Origin: Octopus sinensis
Taxonomy: Eukaryota
DNA length: 64,000 bases
Direction: 5' to 3'
Assembly (NCBI RefSeq): GCF_006345805.1
Contig: NC_043018.1
Coordinates: 24,800,001 to 24,864,000 of the forward strand
Shown here one piece after another: positions 1-11,909 of the stretch. Below the pieces are notes generated by a model that worked only from the letters and a program-made list of their open reading frames with translations, had not been told where the DNA came from and did no database searches. How positions within the stretch are numbered: position 1 is the first letter of the stretch; each line of letters opens with the position of its first letter. The position numbers and the translations under genes were made by a program.

Positions 1-476
1 TAGAATTTGGCTAACTTTATGTTAACATGTGTGGCATAGTTTTATTATTGGTGGTGGCGATGGTGATGTTTTAAATCATTCTGCTTACAGGAAACTGTAT
101 ATTCAACACCCTCAAGCCAACTTTCCACCCTTTTACCATACTTTGCACCTCCCCCACTAACTTTGTCTGCTTGCCTGCCTGTCTGTCTGTCTGGTTTCTT
201 TACAATCTATATCACTGCCACCACCACCGCCACCACTACCACTACCACAGAATAGTGTTCCCACTTGTAGCACTGCTATAGCCACTCACACCACCTACAC
301 CATCACCACCAGTACAACCACATCATCTCACCACCATTTACCATCGTGCCTCCCCCCATATTAAAACCGAACCCAACAACCCCTTAAACACTGCCACCGC
401 CACAACAAATAACACTGTCACAAATGCTTACATCAGAAACACCACCACTAACACTTCCATAAACACTTATGCTACC

Positions 477-717
477 TATTTCTTTACTACCCACAAGGGG
501 TTAAACACAGAGGGGACAAACAAGGACAGACAAACGGATTAAGTCGATTACATCGACCGCAGTGTGTAACTAGTATTTAATTTATCGACCCTGAAAGGAT
601 GAAAGGCAAAGTCGACCTCGGCGGAATTTGAACTCAGAACGCAGCGGCAGACGAAATACCGCTAAGCATTTCGCCCGGCGTGCTAACGATTCTGCCAACT
701 CACTGCCAACCTTATGC
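477..717 (-). mobile_element. tRNA-headed SINE, family 2 (central GAGGTCGACTTTGCCTTTCATCCTTTC domain), long-tail type
   Basis: Reverse complement of the unit seen at 19674-19905. Head GGCAGTGAGTTGGCAGAATCG with box-B-like GAGTTCAAATTCC. Confidence 0.85.
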
Positions 718-879
718 TACCAGCCACCACTGTTCCCCACCTCCATCACTAGCACCACTACCTCCATCTCCACTACCACCACCACCACCACCACTTTTTC
801 ACTGGCCTGACCATGATCTAGTAAGTGCCATACTTTCTCTTTCAGACATATCAACAACATCAATGTAGAAGATTCTAGT

Positions 880-1140
880 CTGGTACAGGAAATGAAAAAA
901 CCACACAATGCCTGTAGCTGCAGCTGGCAACCACTGAGACTCAAGACATTGCAAGGTATCTTGTGTTTAGGTCTAGGGAAGATCTGGAAGCATCTGGTGG
1001 GGATGTGTAATCTGTAGTTGAGAGAAAGGAATATTCTCTGTGGTCAGTCAGTGTTAGGATGACCAAATTCATCCAGCAGGTGCAGGACCTTGTCATTGAT
1101 AACACCAAGGGGTTAATGAGGGCCATTGCTGAGCAATATT
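880..1140 (+). mobile_element. Degraded N-terminal fragment of a Tc1/mariner (maT-like) transposase
   Basis: Frameshifted pieces read EMKK..., VFRSREDLEASGGDV and KFIQQVQDLVIDNTKGLMRAIAEQY. The last parallels PEFVGEIQAMIDNNSSKSIRSI of the transposase at 59000-60107. Confidence 0.6.
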
Positions 1141-1166
1141 AGTTTTTGGTATCTATACTACCCCTG

Positions 1167-3000
1167 TCACTAATATATATATATATTTTAACAAGATAAC
1201 TAACTAATTGTGACACCAGCTTCCGGGTCCATATGACCAAGAAGTCAATGTGGGAGTTTCTCTCAGGCTATCTCCTGCAGTATAGTTTGTTCTAACAGAA
1301 CATCCATGTTTGAGTGGGGATAAATATTACCTCTTAGTTTTAATACTCTCGCTTTTGCACCCTCATTGAGGGCGAGTCCATTATCTAACATGAGATGTAT
1401 GATATCGGTTACCAGTTATTCCTACATAAAGAGAGAGTAGTTCCTGTTCAGAAAGACGCATGAGATCAGTGGTGTAGCTAGAGTGTGTGCCACCTGGAGC
1501 GGCCCTTCAGTTTGCTACCCCTAGACCCCACCACAAAAAATACATATTGCACAGTGACTATATTAGACCCCCACCACAAAAAATACATATTGCACAGTGA
1601 CTATTTTGATTGTTGCATTTAATGGTGTATAGTGTCCGTATCCTGACATTAAAACCATTATCATTTGATTTCAATAGAGCTTGTACAGGCTTATAGCCTA
1701 CAGCAGACCCCCATAAAAATGCAGCCCGAAGTGGACTGCCCCTCCACCCCCTCTAGCTATCCTAGTGCATGAGATTCATGTGATCGGGTTGAGGAGTTTA
1801 CTGAGCAGCCTCAAGCTCAGTGAGAAACCCATGGGGTTTCAAACAACAACCCAACAAAACTGGCTTGGCAAGAAAGTGGGGTTTTGTTGGACAGCCTGCA
1901 GAATGAAAAACCAAACCTGACAAAGAATGGATGAATTCCTAGCAGAGATGTTAAATGATCATCTAACAAGCTGAGAATGAAAGGCCCAGCACCTCTGTTT
2001 TAGCTTTTTAGCATTCAAAGAGGCCCAAACCTCCGTTTAGCCCTTAAACATTCAAACTGGCCATATCTGGCCAAAACAGTCTACCTGTTTAAAAAATATA
2101 TATTAACAAAAGCGACAGTATTAAAACTAAGATGTAATATTTATCCCCACTCAAACATGGGTGTTCTGTTAGAACAAACTATACTGCAGGAGATAGCACG
2201 AGAGAAACGCCCACATCGACTTCTTGGTCATATGGACCCGGGTGCAGGTGTCACAATTAGTCAGTTATCTTGTTAAAAATATATATATTAGTGATACCAA
2301 AAGCTAATATTTATCGCCACTTGAAAGTTGATGTTCTGTTAGAACAAACTATACTGCGGTGTTTACCGCGAGAGAGACTCTTATATTGGCTTTTGGTGCC
2401 AAATGCACTCTTGTTTATATTGCTAGTGGGGAGATAAGTACCTGTCACCTCCAGTGCTGAGAGCACCAGACACGTGATTTCAACCTTCTTTGGTCTTGTC
2501 AATAATGAATACTTGACCACTGGCAATATATAGAATAACAATGCCAGAACACGCGCTGGTGTTGCAATTAGCCAGTGAGTTTGTTAAAAAATATTTATTA
2601 ATGACAGAAGTAATATTTATCCCCACTCAAACATGTGTGTTCTGTTAGAACAAACCATACTGCCACAGATACCACGAGAGAGACTCTCATATTGGCTTTT
2701 GGTGCAAAATGCACTCTTGTTTATATTGCTGGTGGGGAGATAAATCCCTGCTACCTCCACCACCAAGACTACCAGATCATGTGATTCGACTTCTTTGGCT
2801 TTGTCAATGATGGACACTTGACTGCTAGAGATAGCAGCGATTCAATCTCCCTGCCAGCGATATACAAAATAACAGTATCAGAACAGGCACTCGTGTTGCA
2901 ATTAGCCAGTGAGCTTGTTAAAAAATATTTATTAGCGACAGGGGCAATGATAATACCGAGAGTTAATATTTATCCTCACTTAAACATGGGGATAAATATT
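1167..3000. repeat. Fold-back repeat complex: ~190-bp inverted arms (1167-1357 / 2107-2294) plus diverged tandem units starting at 2135, 2305, 2611 and 2964
   Basis: The arms are reverse complements (e.g. GTTCTAACAGAAC, GGGTCCATATGACCAAGAAGTC). Each unit starts TAATATTTATC(C/G)CCACT. The array ends in the hairpin AATATTTATCC...GGATAAATATT (2965-3000). Confidence 0.8.
1467..1767. mobile_element. hAT-type MITE with 8-bp target-site duplication
   Basis: CATGAGAT flanks both sides (1459-1466, 1768-1775). Left end CAGTGGTGTAGCTAGAG; right end is a degenerate inverse, CTCTAGCTATCCTAGTG. Internal ~40-bp tandem duplication at 1524-1604. Confidence 0.8.
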
Positions 3001-3059
3001 CTCTCTCAGTGTAACTACCACAGTAAAATTTAAGTGGGGATTAGTACCTCTACCTATTT

Positions 3060-3340
3060 AATGTTCAAAGTAGCCAGATCCAGCCTCTCACACCTACCTT
3101 ACAATGTCATTCTAAAAATTAACAATCACATCATCAATATTTTGAAATTACAAGATAATGCATGATTAATTGAAAAGCAGTAATGGAATAAACAAAGATT
3201 ACATTTGACTGAGTGATCTGAATCCTGGAGGATTAAACTAGCCATATCTAATCAAGATATTCTACTTGTTTTATGTTCAAACTATCTGGATCCAGCCTCT
3301 CATACCTACCCAGCAATGTCATTCTAAAAATAAACAATCA
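3060..3340 (-). mobile_element. Fragments of the piggyBac-type MITE family
   Basis: Two partial copies of the CCAGATCCAGCCTCTCACACCTACC...AATGTCATTCTAAAAA segment also found in the full copies at 8747-8961 and 49054-49274. Confidence 0.65.
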
Positions 3341-4270
3341 GATGTAGAAACCAAGCAAAATCAGGCTGGAACCTGATGTAGTTCTCCAGCTCTGGTAAAA
3401 CTGTCCAACCCATACCAGCATGAAAAATGGACATTAAAGGATGATGCTGCTGCTGATGATGATGATGTGTGTGTGTATGTAACAGAGTTGCAAATGTTGC
3501 AGGTAATTGTAGAAGGTTTGCGTTTGAGTACAAGTTAAAGTATGCATGTGTAGTGGTTATGTGGGCGTGAGCATGTCTATGGGAGCTCAATGTCTCGGAA
3601 AGGATTAATACAACATTCTTTTCTTATTTGTTGTTGAATTCATATATATATGTGTGTGTGTGTATATATATACACACCCATACACACAAACACACACACA
3701 CATATATATATATACACATATACCCACATACACACATGTATATGTACACATATATGCATATACATATATACACAAGTATATACATACATTTAAGTGTGTG
3801 TGTGTGTGTATATTTATATATATATATATATATATATATTATATTAACTGTGATGTGAAAGAAAAAGCCAAACTTCCAAACCTATAGATAGATACACACA
3901 CAGACACACATAAGATATGTATGGGTGCAAGAATGGCTATGTGGTGAGGAATTTCACTTTACAACCATGCAATCCCATTCTGTGGTATTGTGCAAGAGTT
4001 TTCTTTTCTCCCAGACATGGTTTCAATAATGATTACAAGGACTTGGATATAATTATAGGATTAACTCCGTAAACTAGTCAGCCATTAGAGTGAAAATAAA
4101 ATATAGGTGTGGGAGTGGGTGTGTGGTAAGAAGCTTGCTTCCCAACCACATAGCTCTGGGTTCATTCCCACTGCATGGCACCTTGGGCAAGTCTCTTCTA
4201 CAATAGACTCAGTCCGACCAAAGCCTTCTGAGTGGATTTGATAGATGGAAACTGAAAGAACTTGTCATAT

Positions 4271-4317
<47 letters not shown>

Positions 4318-4320
<3 letters not shown>

Positions 4321-4520
4321 TTGGCGTTTACAACAAAACAAACAAAAGACAAAGATGGGTGTGTAAACAACAAACAGATGTATTAGTTTAACGCGTGGGA
4401 CGTGAGAAAGTCTTTTACGTTTCGAGTCTACGCTCCTCAACAGAAAGGAACACAGGAATAAGCAGAGAGAGAAAATAAAAACGGTTTAGTGGCTAGCGAT
4501 CAATCAAGGCAAATATATAC
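4318..4520 (-). mobile_element. Short non-coding repeat, family HH-A (Penelope-like derivative) with hammerhead-like motif at 4412-4447
   Basis: Homologous to 15445-15600, 22775-22975 and 54565-54650. Minus strand reads CTTT CTGTTGA G GAGC GTAG ACTC GAAA CGT A AAAG. Confidence 0.7.
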
Positions 4521-4529
4521 ATATATATT

Positions 4530-5330
4530 CTTTTATTTGTTTCAGTCATTTGACTGCAGTCATGCTGGAGCACCGCCTTTAGTCAAGCAAATCGACTCCA
4601 GGACTTATTCTTTGTAAGCCTAGTACTTATTCTATTTGTCTCTTTTGCTGAACTGCCAAGTTATGAGGACATAAACACACCAGCATCGATAGTCAAATGA
4701 TGTTGGGAGACAAACACAGACACACAAACATATACACACACATACATATATATATGCATATATCTATCATCATCGTTTAACGTCCGCTTTCCATGCTAGC
4801 ATGGGTTGGACGGTTCGACTGGGGTCTGGGAAGTCAGGAGGCTGCACCTGGCTCCAGTCTGATCTGGCAGTGTTTCTACAGCTGGATGCCGTGAGTGTAG
4901 TGGGCGCTTTTTACATGCCACCGGCACAGGTGCCAGGAAACTTCTATGCAATTTCTATCTACCAAATCCACTCACAAGGCTTTGGTTGGCCCGAGGCTAT
5001 AGTAGAAGACACTTGCCCAAGGTGCCACACAGTGGGACTGAACCCGGAATCATGTAGTTGATAAGCAAGCTACTTACCACACAGCCGCTCCTGCACGTAT
5101 ATGTATATATTTGTGTATGTGTGTCTGTGTTTGTCCCCTGCACCATCATTTGACAATGGATGTTGGTGTGTTTACATCCCCATAGTCTAGCAGTTTGGCA
5201 AAAGAGACTGATAGAATAAGTACTAGGCTTACAAAGAATAAGTCCTGGAGTCAATTTGTTTGACTAAAGGTGGTGCTCCAGCATGGCCACAGTCAAATGA
5301 CTGAAACAAAAGAATAAAAGAAAAAAGAAT
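4530..5330 (-). mobile_element. Cluster of family 1 SINE parts with an RTE 3'-tail copy (4765-4935)
   Basis: SINE tail (rc of ...CAGTCAAATGACTGAAACAA) at 4530-4730, (CAT)n-led RTE tail, SINE head rc at 4935-5095, and a plus-strand SINE tail at 5120-5330. Confidence 0.75.
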
Positions 5331-6475
5331 ATCTATACATGTATATGTATCTTTTATCTTTTGCTTGTTTTACTCATTAAACCATGGCCATACAGGGGCA
5401 CACTACCTAGAATTCCTTTTTAGTTGAATGAATCACCCCTAGTACCTATTTTTTTTTTTTTTAGCCTGGTACTTATTCTATCAATCTCTTTTGCTGAACC
5501 ATTAAGTTATGGGGATGTAAACACACCAACACTGGTCAAGTGGTAGGAGAGGAGACAACAAAGACACACACATAAACACAAACATACACACGACGGGCTT
5601 CTTTCAGTTTCTGCCTACCAAATCCACTCGCAAGGGTTTGGTCGGTCTGAGGCCATTCTTCATTCCATCCATCTACCCTTTCGTTCTTCATTCCATCCAT
5701 CCACCCTTCACTTATTCTACTCTATAGACCTAAAACTGCTGACTTAAGAGATGAAAAACAAAACACAAAAAACAACCACCATAAACAAAACAAACAGAAC
5801 CCTACAAAATTACTAAACTCAACTAATGCAGAGTTAACATTTACAGGAAGGAAATCTTGCAGTGTTTTGACTAAGTACAGTGTTTTATGGAGATAATAAA
5901 TTATTCCACAGTTGAAATAATAAAAATAAAATATAGCAAGCTACTACAAGAAAAATTAATTAAATAAGTAATTAAACATATAAAAAAAGTATATATAAAA
6001 ATATGAAGAGAAGGAAAGTGAGGGACCCTTAAAATAACAAACATAAAAAAAAGCTAAGTGAGTCTCCGACAGGAATGATCAAAGTAACTTTGCTTCCTAC
6101 AATATTTCTTCTTATCTCGAACCGTGTGTTCACACCCTTAATATGGGACAAGCCATTTTCTACCCAACCCTGTACCTAATTCAGAAATTATTTTTTTTAT
6201 ACGTTAATGTAGGGTGGAGTAACAGTGGCTGTAATCTCTGCTGGTGTTCTGTCTCTGTAGGCTGATGAGCCTAATGTCATCGTCTTCTGCAAATGGCCAC
6301 GACCAAGGCGTGTCTCCTTCCACTGAATCAGGAATCTTTCGTCCCTCTCCCTTTAGCTTTCACCCTTCAACATTCAGATTACTCTCTCGAATATAACTCT
6401 TAATTATTCATGTTTTTTATTAATTAATCTTGCATTATCTTGTAGCTTCAAGATTAATACAACATGGTTGTTTAT

Positions 6476-7010
6476 CGGATGTAGTGTGCAAGAGAGAAGA
6501 CTGTGCTGTTATGGCCATGTAATGCGTATGGGCGAAGGACGGCTGTGTAAAGAAGTGCTGATTTCTGACTGTGGAGGGACCATGTAGAAGGGATAAACCC
6601 AAGGGGATTTGGGACCAGGAGGTGAAATATGATCTTCAGCTGTTGAGTCTCACAGAGGGTGTGACAAGGGACAGACTTTTGGCAATTTGCTGTGCTTGAA
6701 AAGACATGTCAAGCTAAATGAAACTGTAGTTGGGGCTAGTGCTGGTGACACGTGAAAGACACCTGTGCCAGTGGCACATAAAAAGCACCCATGCTGGTGA
6801 CATGCAATAGGTACCCTTGCCGATGACATGTAAAAGACACTCAGTCTACTTTATGGAGTGGTTGGCAGTAGGAAGGACATCTAGCTGGAGAAACCAAGCC
6901 AAAACCGACTGCAGTCTGATGCAGCTCTCCAGCTTGCCAATTCCAACCCATGCCAGCATCCAACCCATGCCAGCATGGAAAATGGACACTAAATGAAGAT
7001 GATGATGATG
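6476..7010 (+). mobile_element. 5'-truncated RTE-type LINE: end of ORF plus 3' UTR and (GAT)n tail
   Basis: Degraded CSVQERRLCCYGHVMRM...TVEGPCRR..P...W...V..DL...L....T.DR..W.FAVLEKT...*. This is followed by the GTGCCAGTGGCAC...AAAAAGCAC motif, the CCATGCCAGCATGG hairpin and GATGATGATG. Confidence 0.8.
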
Positions 7011-7111
7011 GTTGTAGGGTAGTTGTGAGAGGCCTGATCTGGCTTGTTTGAACATCAAACAGGTTGGATATTTAGGCTGGACATGGCCATTTAAAATGCT
7101 AAAATATTAAT

Positions 7112-7889
7112 AGGCACAGGAGTGGCTGTGTGGTAAGTAGCTTGCTTACCAACCTCACGGTTCTGGGTTCAATCCCACTGCATGGCACCTTAGGCAAGTG
7201 TCTTCTACTATAGCCTCGGGCCGACCAAAGCCTTGTGAGTGGATCTGGTAGACAGAAACTGAAAGAAGCCTGTCGTATATATGAATGTATATATACACTT
7301 GCGTCAGAAATTAATTAGCACTTCTCAAATTTCTACATTAAATAGGTTAAATCAATTAACCTATGAGCTGTTCAAAACGTCTTACGCGATGAGAAAACTT
7401 AGTATGGTGTGATTTCGGTCCTTGCGAGGCGCTACCTATATCTATTAAACAAAGGAATGTGTCTGCATCCGCACTCCAAGTTGTTGTTGCACTGCTATGT
7501 CAACATCATAAGGCTGTAGACTCTCAAACTGCTCTGCAAACAAAGTTACGTCATCGTTCTGCGCAACAGTGAACTCGCAACAAAGCAATAGTTCGAGATA
7601 TGGCCACTAGGTGACAGCACATACCTTGAGTGAAGAGCAAATCAAGGGTGCTAATTAATTTCTGACGGTAGTGTATGTGTGTGTGTGTGTCTGTGTGTGT
7701 GTCACCAACATCGCCTGACAACCGATGCTGGCATGTTTACATCCCCGTAACCTAGCAGTTCGGCAAAAGAGACTGATAGATTAAGTACTAGGCTTACAAA
7801 GAATAAGTCCTGGAGTCAATTTGCTTGACTAAAGGTGGTGCTCCAGCATGGCCGCAGTCAAATGACTGAAACAAATAAAAGAGTAAAAA
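7112..7889 (+). mobile_element. tRNA-headed SINE, family 1, interrupted by a Tc1-type MITE
   Basis: Box A TGGCTGTGTGG, box B GGTTCAATCCC, CORE-like ACCTTAGGCAAGTGTCTT, central microsatellite, and 3' hairpin CAGTC-AAAT-GACTG with an AAAAGA tail. Confidence 0.88.
7296..7673. mobile_element. Tc1/mariner-type MITE, 378 bp, 26-bp TIRs, TA target duplication
   Basis: Left TA|CACTTGCGTCAGAAATTAATTAGCAC; right end reverse-complemented TA|CACTACCGTCAGAAATTAATTAGCAC (24/26 identical). No ORF. Confidence 0.9.
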
Positions 7890-8746
7890 TCGATACTTGG
7901 TTTCTTTTTGTGTGCATCTGCCAATAATATTGATGTAGTTGAATGGCCTTCATTCTCTACTAAGGAATGAAAGTGTCCAAAATATAACACCTGATTTAAC
8001 CCGTGCATGACAACAGTGACCTGCTAAACCTCTTCTGCATCCGGTAATAAACAGTAGAGATGGTGTGAAATCCATCTCAGCTATAATTATGTCCCCTTTG
8101 GCCTTGTGTTCATGGCAGGAGAGGCTTCAAACCTGCACATGAAGTTTCTTCTTCATTGTCCAAGTCCCAACTTGATAGAGAAGCATGCTTTCTACAAAGA
8201 AGGCAAGCTGTGTGGGCTTTGAAATAATTGAAAGTCAATGTTTCGAAGCCACTCCAAGCAGCTATTTTCAACATGTTGTGTTCGCATTGCTTCAAATTAA
8301 TCCTGCATTATCTCATAGCTTTAAGATTGCAGGGTAGGTATGAGAGGCTAGATCTGGTCAGTTTGAATATAAAACAAGTAGAATACTTGGGCCGAATATG
8401 ACCAGTTTAAATACTAAAGGATTAAGAGAGGGGGATTTTTATAGTACCCCAGAATCAAATTGCAGGAGCACAAAAAATTCCCTAAGGGTGCACCTGTATT
8501 GCAAAAAAAAAAATAATAATAATGATTCTTTAATTTTATTAATTTGCTCTTATGTATCCAAACACATTAAGCTAGAATAATTAAATTGTTACAATACGTC
8601 AATTAACCTGATAATTAAAATACTTCAAATACTAAAATAACCCTGAGTATATGTGCTGTTTTAAAGGAGGCTGGATCTGACTTATTTTGGAAAGGTCAAA
8701 GATGAGGGATGGCTCTGATGATGTGACAATCCTTATTAATTGTTAA

Positions 8747-8961
8747 CCCTTTAGCTTCCATAGCACTCTGCCAAATGTAGGGTTTATTTGTTCCTATTGC
8801 ATCAAATCAATCCTGCATTATCTCATAGCTTTAAGATTTCAATGATGTGATGGTTTATTTTTAGAATGGCATTGCAGGGTAGGTATGAGAGGCTAGATCT
8901 GGTCAGTTTGAAAACAAATAGAATATTTGGGCCGAATATGACCAGTTTAAATACTAAAGGA
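8747..8961 (+). mobile_element. piggyBac-type MITE (TTAA target)
   Basis: TTAA|CCCTTTAGC...CTAAAGGA|TTAA. A partial, internally deleted sister copy lies at ~8296-8425. Confidence 0.8.
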
Positions 8962-9025
8962 TTAAGCTTTTGTTGCAGTTATTGGACTATTGCCATGCTG
9001 GAGCACCACCTTCAAGAGTTCAATC

Positions 9026-9190
9026 CAGTGTTTCTCAACCCTTTTTCACCTATGGGCCCCTTTCATTCCTATTCTACTCAGGTGGACCTTCAAAGCCATT
9101 CAATGTTTTAAATATTTCATAATGTTCTTATAATTAAACATTATTAGGAATCGTATTAAAAAAATTGTTAAAAATATTTTGTGTTATTGT
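9026..9190 (+). mobile_element. Probable hAT (Charlie-like) terminal fragment
   Basis: Begins CAGTGTTTCTCAACC, typical of hAT-Charlie termini. The other end was not found. Confidence 0.4.
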
Positions 9191-9688
9191 ATCTTTTATC
9201 TTATATCTATCTTTTACTTGTTTCAGTCATTAGACTGCAGCCATGCTGGGGCACAACCTTGATGAATCTGGTACTTACTCTATTAGTCTCTTTTTGCTGA
9301 GCTGCTAAGTTACAGGGATGTAAACACACCAGCACTAGTTCTCAAGTGGTGGTGAGGTGGACAAGCACAGACACGAAGACACATGCATATATCTACATAT
9401 ATACAACATGCTTCTTTATTACTGTTACTAAATTTTCTACAGTCACCTTCACATTCCATGACTACCATTGGGATCGGTCCAGTACTGGACAAGGATTCTG
9501 GATTATTTTTCCATAATCTTTGAGAGCGGTTGAGTTCATTTTCAGTATTCTCGTTTGTGAGAGCAGTCAAGTATATGTTGGATATTCTCATTTTAAAAAC
9601 CATTTCTGGCTAATCGTTGAGAGGACGTTGGTGTTGCCTTGGTGGAGGTTTGCACCCTCTGAGTGCCCTTCTTTTATTTATTATTACT

Positions 9689-10475
9689 AAGGTGGTGAGC
9701 TGGCAGAATTATTAAAGCGCTGGACGAAATGCTTAGCTGTTATTGCACCCCTCACTACGTTCTTAGTTCAAATTCCACTGAGGTCGATTTTTACCTTTCA
9801 TCCTTTCGGAGTCGATAAAATAAGTACCAGTTGTACACGGGGGGGGGGGGTAATTGACTCATCCCATCCCCTTGGGGCAAAAATTTGAAACCATTATTAT
9901 TATTATTATTATTATCATATACACATGGGCTTTTGTGAAGGTGCATGGCTTAGTGGCTAGGAGCGTAGCACTCACAGTCTTGAGATTGTGGTTTCAATTC
10001 CTGGACTGGCTGCATGTTGTGTTCTTGAGCAAAACACTGTTTCATGTTGCTCCAGTCCACTCCATTGTAAATGTGTAACCCTCTGACAGAATGACCTTCC
10101 AATCATGAGGAAGGTTGGCCTACTCACCCAGCCAGCAGGGTGGCAGCATTTGAAAGCAAAAAACAATGCAAAACGCATTGTGACCAGTGATGTGTAACAG
10201 AATCCAATAATAGTCTGGTTGATCGTGTGATATGGGTTTTACAGACATTGTCAGCAGCTGGTTTCAGGCTTGAATACTTTTTACTCTTTTACTTGTTTCA
10301 GTCATTTGACTGCGGCCATGCTGGAGCACCGCCTTTAGTCGAGCAAATCGACCCCGGGACTTATTCTTAGTAAGCCTAGTACTTATTCTATCGGTCTCTT
10401 TTGCCAAACCGCTAAGTTACGGGGACGTAAACACACCAGCATCGGTTGTCAAGTGATGTTGGGGGGACAAACACT
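9689..10475. mobile_element. Cluster of SINEs: family 2 (9689-9915, +), family 3 (9939-10232, +), family 1 tail (10275-10475, -)
   Basis: Match to the family units elsewhere in the window. Family 3 has box A TGGCTTAGTGG, box B GGTTTCAATTCC and the tail AAAACAATGCAAAACGCATTGTGACCAG. Confidence 0.8.
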
Positions 10476-10657
10476 TCTGCCCAAATGCAATGAGTTGGTC
10501 AACCCAGCTATCAATGGCCACAATTCGTGCTTACAGGGTTTAAAAAAAATAAAAAAATAAAAGAAAGAAAGAAAAGGCTACCCAGAAGAAGAAGAAGAAA
10601 AGTCTTAAACTCAAAACTAAACCCATTAAATATATCCTTCACCTAGAAATAACCAAG

Positions 10658-10688
<31 letters not shown>

Positions 10689-11017
10689 ACGCAGAAATTA
10701 ATATAAAAAAATTATACAAAAATAAATAATTGTTGTTCTTGTTGTTGTAAGTTTTATGTTGTTTTCATAAACCACTTGAGCAGGAATTATGAATGAATAC
10801 AGGATGGAAGGAGAGAAGGAAGGAAGTGGGTAAGCTAAACTGGTTCCAACCCTCCATCACATTCCGGTTGACACACACACACATCCATATATATCCATAG
10901 ACACATATATCTATCTATCACACATTCATATTTAAATGTACACAAGTGTGTGTATGTATACACACACACATACTACTGTATACATACATATACATATATA
11001 CATACACATACTTACTA

Positions 11018-11056
<39 letters not shown>

Positions 11057-11126
11057 CTATTGTATACATACATATACATATATATACACTTACTACTGTA
11101 TACATACATACATACATACATACATA

Positions 11127-11162
<36 letters not shown>

Positions 11163-11739
11163 TCAGAAAGTGTGAAGGAGAATCTAGGTACAGAAAAAAT
11201 ATTTATTGAAAAGAGAAAAAAAAGCTAAGGCCAAGACTGGAAGGAAATTTAGTTTATTCCTTCAGCAGCAGAAGAAAAACGAAGACGGAAAAAGGAGAAA
11301 GAAAAGAAAAGGGAGAAGAAGAGCAAGAGAAGGAGGAGGAAGGGGAGGAGTTGGATTAAAGGAAAAACGAGGATAGAAGAAGAAACTTGAATAATTGTGA
11401 GAATATGGCAGTTTAGTACAAATTTATCCCTGAATGTATTGATGTAAATAAGTTTTTTTCTTTTTTTTTTTTTTGGTGTGTGTGGAGGGGGGGGGGGTCC
11501 ACTGTGAAGTAACTGTACTAACAGCGGGGGTGGGGATACGATAGAAAGGGTACAAAGGGTGATAGAGAGGTGGTGACAGTGAGGAAGGTGGTGGTGGTGG
11601 GGGGGGGGCAACTTGCCATTCACACAGCAAAGCAAAAATGTCCCAGATTGGTCGTGGAATATTTTATCAAGAAAATCTAATTAATTTTGGATGGCATGTG
11701 AAAAAAGATCCCGCCAAAAACCTTAATTGCCAACTGGTG

Positions 11740-11802
<63 letters not shown>

Positions 11803-11877
11803 CAAAGACACACATACATGTATATATATATACAAACACACACACATATATGTATATATATATATACAAACACACAC

Positions 11878-11909
<32 letters not shown>

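Noticed and set aside
846-950. Apparent exon with a good acceptor (ctttctctttcAG)
   Set aside because: It overlaps a decayed Tc1/mariner transposase N-terminus, and the donor is weak.
8110-8295. Minus-strand ORF with a faint mariner C-terminal resemblance
   Set aside because: No catalytic motif can be read unambiguously.
9310-9670. 97-aa minus-strand ORF and a plus-strand acceptor at ~9448
   Set aside because: The segment begins with a CCTCCACCAAGGC-type motif typical of non-autonomous repeats; plus frames stop quickly and no protein is recognised.
11640-11722. CCAAT box and E2F-like TTTGGCGGGA on the minus strand suggesting a promoter
   Set aside because: Short motifs expected by chance; no CpG island or associated exon.
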